Position numbers and translations under genes: made by a program
Shown here: positions 17,522 to 22,460 of the stretch, piece after piece
Position numbering within the stretch: the stretch's first letter is position 1
Layout of the letters: the number at the start of each line of letters is the position of its first letter
Notes under the pieces: generated by a model
What the model was told of the DNA's origin: nothing
The model's input: the letters and a program-made list of their open reading frames with translations, nothing else
Databases searched by the model: none
NCBI GenBank assembly: GCA_039208735.1
Contig: JBCCQY010000156.1
Span: forward strand, 1-22,460
Source of the DNA: Myxococcota bacterium
GTDB taxonomy: Bacteria; Myxococcota_A; UBA796; GCA-2862545
Direction of reading: 5' to 3'
Length of the DNA stretch: 22,460 nt

Positions 17522-18517
17522 ATGGCGCAGCAGTTTCGGATCCATGGTGGGTGGCGCTTGGTGTTGAGCGATCTCGGCGTACGTATCGAGGCGATGCTCA
17601 AACGAGCGAAGCTGCCCCTCGACCTCTTCAACCGTACCGAAGAGTCGACCATCGACGCATCCTCCTACTTTCGACTTTGGGATGCGCTCGAGGCGGAACT
17701 CGGGTCTGAGGCGGGGCTTCGGGTCGGCCAGGCGGTCAATGCGGAGGCGTTTTCGCCGCCTCTCTTTGCCGCGTTGTGTAGCGCGGACTTCAACACCGCC
17801 GCGGCAAGGCTCTCCCGATACAAGCTCCTCGTCGGCCCCTTGACCCTCGATGTCGATGTCGGACCCATTGAAACCGCCGTGGTGCTGGGATGCGTCGGCG
17901 CACCCCGATTGCCCCGCAGCCTCGGCATGATGGAAATGGTGTTCCTGACGGCGTTCGCACGGCTTGCGACGCGCTGTCCCATCCAGCCCATCGCGGTTGA
18001 GTCTCCCGACGTACTCTCCGATCCACCGGCCCACGAGGCCTTCTTTGGTTGTGCGGTGACATCGGGAGACCGCTTCCGCATCACCTTCGCGGCCATCGAT
18101 GGCGTCCGGCCATTCCTTACCTCAGACCTTGAGATGTGGTCGTTTCTACGTCCGGTCCTCGATCGACGGCTCATGGAACTCGAGGCCTCGGCAAGCACTG
18201 CAGAACGTGTTCACGCCGCCCTCATGGAGCTGTTGCCGTCCGGTCGCGCCTCGGTCGACGATGTGGCGGGGAGCCTCGGAGTGGGGCGACGGAGCTTGCA
18301 GCGCCGGCTCGCGGCCGAGAACACCACCTTCCAGACTGAACTCGACCAAACTCGGGAGCACCTGGCCCGGTTCTACCTGACTGAGAGCCCCATGCCCTCG
18401 CAGGAGATTGCGTTCCTCCTTGGCTACGACGATGCAAACTCGTTCTTCCGGGCCTTTCACCGCTGGACGGGAACGACCCCTGAACGGGTTCGTCGCGGAC
18501 GGTTGGGTGCGGGTTAA
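17522..18517 (+). CDS. AraC-family transcriptional regulator
   Basis: C-terminal double HTH VAGSLGVGRRSLQRRLAAENTTF...EIAFLLGYDDANSFFRAFHRWTGTTP. N-terminal FSPPLFAALCS...RLSRYKLLVGP ligand-binding domain. Confidence 0.93.
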   Translation: MAQQFRIHGGWRLVLSDLGVRIEAMLKRAKLPLDLFNRTEESTIDASSYFRLWDALEAELGSEAGLRVGQAVNAEAFSPPLFAALCSADFNTAAARLSRYKLLVGPLTLDVDVGPIETAVVLGCVGAPRLPRSLGMMEMVFLTAFARLATRCPIQPIAVESPDVLSDPPAHEAFFGCAVTSGDRFRITFAAIDGVRPFLTSDLEMWSFLRPVLDRRLMELEASASTAERVHAALMELLPSGRASVDDVAGSLGVGRRSLQRRLAAENTTFQTELDQTREHLARFYLTESPMPSQEIAFLLGYDDANSFFRAFHRWTGTTPERVRRGRLGAG

Positions 18518-18535
18518 AGCCGCCGCCTGACCGAG

Positions 18536-19006
18536 GTGGGCGTGGCGTTGCCGCCGGATTTCGCAGAGCAGAGCTTGTATGGCCCGGAGGCGTGGTTCAT
18601 CCACGATGTGCTGACCCTCGATCGGGAAGCTCAACGCGTCGTGGCCTTTGTGGACACGACCCAGCTAGGGCCCCTGGTGGACGCTCAACACGCCGTTCCG
18701 GGGCACCCCAAGCATGTCCCCGGGGCGGTGTGCGTGCAGCTCACCGGCACCCTCGCGACCTTGTTGTCCGCGTATGTGCTCGACATGCGGCGAACGGATG
18801 GGTGGGTAGGATTTGGCACCCACATCCACGAAGCCCGGTTTCCGACCTTAGGTGAGATTGGGCCTCCCGTCGAGGCGGCGTGCACGGCGAAGAAGGTGCG
18901 AAGCTTCCGCGGGACCACCTTCGTTCGCTATGCCTATCACTACACCCAAGAAGGCCGCGATCTCTACGTTGCGGAGCACACCGGCGCGTGGTTTCGTCCC
19001 GAATAG
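18536..19006 (+). CDS. Hotdog-fold protein, distantly FabZ/FabA-like
   Basis: WFIHDVLTLD, HAVPGHPKHVPGAVCVQLTG central helix, GTHIHEARFP, and a terminal strand pattern of hotdog type. Confidence 0.55.
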   Translation: MGVALPPDFAEQSLYGPEAWFIHDVLTLDREAQRVVAFVDTTQLGPLVDAQHAVPGHPKHVPGAVCVQLTGTLATLLSAYVLDMRRTDGWVGFGTHIHEARFPTLGEIGPPVEAACTAKKVRSFRGTTFVRYAYHYTQEGRDLYVAEHTGAWFRPE

Positions 19007-19035
19007 CGCAGGTCGTTCTGTGGTAGCGTGCCCCC

Positions 19036-19641
19036 ATGACATGGCTTTGGTTCGGTTTGGGGGGGCTGGTGGCATGCCAGTCCGATGATGGAATGACGAC
19101 CGGTGAAACGGGAGAGGAAACCACACTTCCTGAAGGCGTGTTTCTCGTCGACATGGAGACGACGACCGGGCCCGTGGTGCTCGAAATCCATGAGGATTGG
19201 GCGCCCCTAGGGGCGGCACGGTTCCGCGAGCTGGTGGAGTCCGGGTTCTACGATGGCGCGCGGTTCTTCCGGGTGGTGCCTGATTTCGTCGTGCAGTGGG
19301 GGCTCCCGGCCGACCCTGCGGTGAACGCAAAGTGGACCGAGCCCATCTTGGACGACCCGGTCATCGAATCCAACGTCGCCCGGACCATCACCTTTGCGGC
19401 CACCGCGCTACCTAACTCTCGCACGACCCAGGTGTTCATCAACTACGGCGACAACTCATCGCTCGATGATCAGGGATTTGCGCCGTTTGGTCGCGTGGCC
19501 GAGGGCATGCGCAACGTGCGGTCCATCAACGCGGAATACGGACAAGACCCCGATCAGACCCGCATCCGAAACGAAGGCAACGCCTACCTCGATGCGGAGT
19601 TCCCCAACCTCGATGGCATCGTTTCGGCAACGGTGCGCTGA
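19036..19641 (+). CDS. Cyclophilin-type peptidyl-prolyl cis-trans isomerase (lipoprotein)
   Basis: WAPLGAARFRELVESGFYDGARFFRVVPDFVVQWG, NSRTTQVFINYGDN, GFAPFGRV. Lipobox LVAC. Confidence 0.93.
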   Translation: MTWLWFGLGGLVACQSDDGMTTGETGEETTLPEGVFLVDMETTTGPVVLEIHEDWAPLGAARFRELVESGFYDGARFFRVVPDFVVQWGLPADPAVNAKWTEPILDDPVIESNVARTITFAATALPNSRTTQVFINYGDNSSLDDQGFAPFGRVAEGMRNVRSINAEYGQDPDQTRIRNEGNAYLDAEFPNLDGIVSATVR

Positions 19642-19648
19642 GCCACGG

Positions 19649-20512
19649 ATGGCGCGAAACCCATCGTTCGATGACCTTGCGGTGTTCTTGGCCGTCGCCG
19701 AAACGGGCAGCATGGCCGCGGCTGCCCGACGTCTGGCCATCGATCCTTCCACGGTCAGTCGCGGGGTGGGACGGGTCGAGGAGGAACTTGGGGTCGCGCT
19801 GTTCCAACGAACGGGCGCGGGCACCACGCTGTCTGAGGCAGGGCGTCGCCTGGCTACGCGGGTGCGCAACGGGGTGGACCAGCTGACGTTGGGGATTGAC
19901 GAGGCGGTCCGACCGCCGGATGTGTTGCAGGGAACCGTCCGGGTCACCGCGCCCACCGAGATCGGGTGTGCGTTCCTGATGCCCGTGTTGGTGGGGGTCC
20001 AACAACGTCATCCGGGCATTGAACTCGAACTCGAGTTGGGGACGCGGCTCGTGGAACTTGGCCAACGCGAGGCGGACCTCGCTCTGCGGACCGTTCGACC
20101 CACCCAGGGCGATGTGATCACCCGTCGCCTTCGCGGGGGACCCTTGGACGTGGTTTGTGCTCCCTCGCTAGACGAAGCGTCGGCTCGCGAGCGATTTATC
20201 GCCTACCTACCAAAAGACCCAATTGTAAAGGAGCTGGTGGAGTCGTTGCCCAACGCGCGGATAGTTCTCCGCTGCAACGACTTGGCCGGCGTCCGTGCGG
20301 CCTGTGTGGCGGGATTGGGGAGTGCCGTGATCCCACGGCCCTTGGCCGAACACTTGGGGCTCGTCCCGACGGGCCTTCCCACCGTGCAGGGCGGTCCCAT
20401 GTGGCTCGCAGCTCCCACTACGTCGCTCGAGGTTCCCCGCATCCGTGCGATCTGGGATGCGGTCATCGAGGGATGGGAGGTGCTTCTTCAGGGCAGCAGC
20501 GCGACCGCGTAG
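19649..20512 (+). CDS. LysR-family transcriptional regulator
   Basis: DDLAVFLAVAETGSMAAAARRLAIDPSTVSRGVGRVEEELGVALFQR HTH, GTVRVTAP, READLALR. ATG at 19649, just after the PPIase stop. Confidence 0.93.
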   Translation: MARNPSFDDLAVFLAVAETGSMAAAARRLAIDPSTVSRGVGRVEEELGVALFQRTGAGTTLSEAGRRLATRVRNGVDQLTLGIDEAVRPPDVLQGTVRVTAPTEIGCAFLMPVLVGVQQRHPGIELELELGTRLVELGQREADLALRTVRPTQGDVITRRLRGGPLDVVCAPSLDEASARERFIAYLPKDPIVKELVESLPNARIVLRCNDLAGVRAACVAGLGSAVIPRPLAEHLGLVPTGLPTVQGGPMWLAAPTTSLEVPRIRAIWDAVIEGWEVLLQGSSATA

Positions 20513-21351
20513 CGCGCCGGTGTAGCACGAGGGCCACCGCTGGGCCCCGCTTCGGGGAGTGTGCCGAACGATGGCGGCTGACGGAAGCCTTTGCGGGCCG
20601 TCACGAAACGGTCCTGGTCGAGCCAATGTGCGATCGCCACCGGATTGTCGAGGCGTCCGAGCACCGTGTAGCGCGACTTCAACGATGGGCTCGAGACGGC
20701 CTCTTCACACACCACACCTTTGCGCTTACGGCGCGTGGAATGGCAGAACGTCACGTCGAGGCCATCGTTAACGAGGAAGCCCACATGCGTATCGAGCCCG
20801 ACGACGTAGAGCCCCTCGCCTTGGTCTTGCACGTGAGCCACGACTTTCTTACGGCGAGCCCTTGAGAATCGGACAATGTCGCGATCGGGCACCAACGTTC
20901 GGATGATCTGTTCTGAGGCCTGTCGGGCGACGTCAACGCGATCAAGGTCGAACCCTGCGTGCTCGAGCACGGTGCTCACGTAGTAGCCACAGGCGATCTT
21001 GCCCTGCTTCGGCACTTGGGAGGTGCCCGAGTAGGAGTAGCGGGTGCCCACCCAGTGCTCCATGAGCGCGGGCAGAGAAGTCGAAAGGACAAGTCGGGCG
21101 GCTTCGTCGACGGGCACCCCTTGGGCGCGTTGGTCGGCCAGGGACTGGCGGAGGATCTCGAGGTCGTAGCGCTCGGCCAAGTAAGGGTCGGCGGGGCGAG
21201 GTGGGGGCTCGGGTTCGACAGGTGGGGGCGGCGCTTCAATGTCCGCCAGGAGGGGAACGGGCGCTGCATCACCCCCGTCCGAAAACGCAGAGGAGGCCGA
21301 TGACGAAACCGCTGCCACCGTCATCAAGGCCACCGCACGAAGCCATCGCAT
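20488..21351 (-). CDS. Secreted NlpC/P60-like (papain-fold) cysteine hydrolase
   Basis: Signal peptide and Pro-rich linker. WVGTRYSYSG...IACGYYVSTVLEHAG...HVGFLVNDG...FCHS resembles the NlpC/P60 Cys-His-His arrangement. Start 21351 or 21411. 3' end overlaps lysR by 25 bp. Confidence 0.65.
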   Translation of the reverse strand: MRWLRAVALMTVAAVSSSASSAFSDGGDAAPVPLLADIEAPPPPVEPEPPPRPADPYLAERYDLEILRQSLADQRAQGVPVDEAARLVLSTSLPALMEHWVGTRYSYSGTSQVPKQGKIACGYYVSTVLEHAGFDLDRVDVARQASEQIIRTLVPDRDIVRFSRARRKKVVAHVQDQGEGLYVVGLDTHVGFLVNDGLDVTFCHSTRRKRKGVVCEEAVSSPSLKSRYTVLGRLDNPVAIAHWLDQDRFVTARKGFRQPPSFGTLPEAGPSGGPRATPARYAVALLP

Positions 21352-21475
21352 GTCGGGATCACCCCCGGGTCCGACGTAAGATCCGTCGCATGGTCTGCCC
21401 GATTCGGCCATCCCCCCGCCATCACGGATTGTCGCGTTGCAGTCCAGCCGATGGTCCTGACTGCACTTTGCAACG

Positions 21476-21566
21476 CTTTGGGAGGACGGATTTATGACGG
21501 CGAACCGGACTTCGACTCAGTAGAGTTGGCACGGGCCTGTAGTCCGGGGATGCGGGCCTCCCAAGG
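21476..21566 (+). promoter_or_regulatory. Candidate structured 5' leader overlapping the Shine-Dalgarno of the next gene
   Basis: Nested helices 21476-21485/21557-21566, 21505-21511/21541-21547 and 21513-21518/21523-21528. Confidence 0.3.
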
Positions 21567-21575
21567 AGGAGACGA

Positions 21576-22208
21576 ATGAACCTACGTCATATTGTTGTTG
21601 CAATCGCGGCCCTCGGCCTCGCAAGTTCGTTTGTGGCGAACGATGCCCATGCACGCGGCTTTCGGGAAAGTCAGGTTCCGAATGGAAACACCTTTAGCTG
21701 TGCCCTGTGCCACCAGGGTGGTGTGTCTGGGGCGCCCCGTACGGTGTTCGGCTTGGATGTTGAGGCCAGTCTCATCGGGATGTCGCTTCAGACGGCAGCA
21801 GTGGACTGGGCCACGGTCTCGCAGCTCGACTCCGACGGCGATGGATTGACGAACGGCGAAGAGATGGGTGATCCGGACGGTGATGGCACGCCGATCGCGA
21901 ACGCGATGGTTTCGGACCCGAACGATGCCAACGATCCCGGCATGGGCGGGGATGCCGACACGGATGCGGATACCGATTCGGATACCGACGCCGATACGGA
22001 CGCAGACACCGATGCTGACACGGACGCAGACACCGATGCCGACACGGACGCGGACGCGGACGCCGATTCCGACAGCGACACCGACGCCGATCCCATGGAC
22101 ACGGGGATGGACGGCGAAGATGGCTGTGACGGCTGCAACAGCTCGTCGCCCTTCGGCGGTGCGCTTGCCCTGGGCCTCGGCCTCTTCGCGATTCGCCGCC
22201 GCCGCTAA
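21576..22208 (+). CDS. Surface protein with CxxCH motif, temptin-like Ca-binding domain, DADT stalk and MYXO-CTERM-like anchor
   Basis: AAGGAGG RBS. Signal peptide ending AHA. CALCH. LDSDGDGLTNGEEMGDP. (DADT)n. C-terminus GCDGCNSSSPFGGALALGLGLFAIRRRR. Confidence 0.85.
   Translation: MNLRHIVVAIAALGLASSFVANDAHARGFRESQVPNGNTFSCALCHQGGVSGAPRTVFGLDVEASLIGMSLQTAAVDWATVSQLDSDGDGLTNGEEMGDPDGDGTPIANAMVSDPNDANDPGMGGDADTDADTDSDTDADTDADTDADTDADTDADTDADADADSDSDTDADPMDTGMDGEDGCDGCNSSSPFGGALALGLGLFAIRRRR
21951..22091 (+). repeat. Coding 12-nt degenerate tandem repeat encoding D-(A/S)-D-(T/A/S)
   Basis: About 12 units of GAYGCNGAYACN with third-position variation (47 codons, every second one Asp). Confidence 0.9.
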
Positions 22209-22269
22209 TCGCGCGGGGATGGACAATTGGGGCGGGGAGGCTCGTCTGACGTACGGAGGATGACCTGTC

Positions 22270-22460
22270 GTGCGTCAACGCTTCGATGACCTTGTCCGTC
22301 CCATATTGGGCGACCTGTACTGGTTCGCGCGGCGACTCACCCGCGACCCGGTAAAGGCCGAAGACCTCCTCCAGGCGAGCCTGGAGAAGGCGCTCGTGCG
22401 CCTGCACACCTTGCGCAACGATCGCGCGTTCAAGACGTGGCAAAGCCGGGTCATCTACAC
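22270..22460 (+). CDS. ECF RNA polymerase sigma factor (3'-partial, absent from the ORF track)
   Basis: Hand translation from GTG 22270: (M)RQRFDDLVRPILGDLYWFARRLTRDPVKAEDLLQASLEKALVRLHTLRNDRAFKTWQSRVIY, a sigma70 region 2 pattern. GGAGG at 22255-22259. Confidence 0.88.
   Translation, partial: MRQRFDDLVRPILGDLYWFARRLTRDPVKAEDLLQASLEKALVRLHTLRNDRAFKTWQSRVIY

Noticed and set aside
21527..21541. Sigma54-like TGGCACG upstream of the heme/MYXO-CTERM gene
   Set aside because: The -24 element is good, but GG-N10 is followed by TA rather than GC, so the -12 element is missing at the required spacing.
21527..21545. TGGCACGGGCCTGTAGTCC resembles the SRP/7SL Alu-domain sequence
   Set aside because: Short match only. 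The following Alu hairpin and the SRP helix-8 motif are absent, so it is probably coincidence.
21582..22226. Antisense ORFs with (GV/RV)n and (SASV)n low-complexity tracts
   Set aside because: Shadow frames of the DADT repeat.
22219..22263. 14-codon uORF in frame with the downstream ECF sigma and separated by TGA (readthrough or pseudogene?)
   Set aside because: The sigma has its own GGAGG and GTG start with an intact region 2, so recoding is not needed.

Overview
GC-rich bacterial chromosomal window, very probably from a Myxococcota-like organism (inferred from a MYXO-CTERM-like tail, many lipoproteins, and Asp-rich TSP3/DADT surface proteins). About 22 tightly packed genes. Left to right: 3' part of a large Ig-like/TSP3 surface protein; a minus-strand YciI(DGPF)-ECF42-type sigma-cytochrome c-YceI cluster; an intact hen1-pnkp RNA-repair operon transcribed divergently from that cluster; a winged-helix/TPR regulator; htpX; two lipoproteins; ampG-ATP-grasp-DUF4097; AraC, hotdog-fold, cyclophilin and LysR genes; an NlpC/P60-like protein; a CxxCH, temptin-like, MYXO-CTERM protein; and the 5' end of a second ECF sigma that the ORF track missed. 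I saw no tRNA, rRNA, CRISPR array or mobile element. Best leads: two structured intergenic regions (10215-10367 and 21476-21566), the 71-bp ECF42/hen1-pnkp divergent junction, and the heme-motif temptin-like surface protein. All family calls come from motif recognition by eye, not from database searches.
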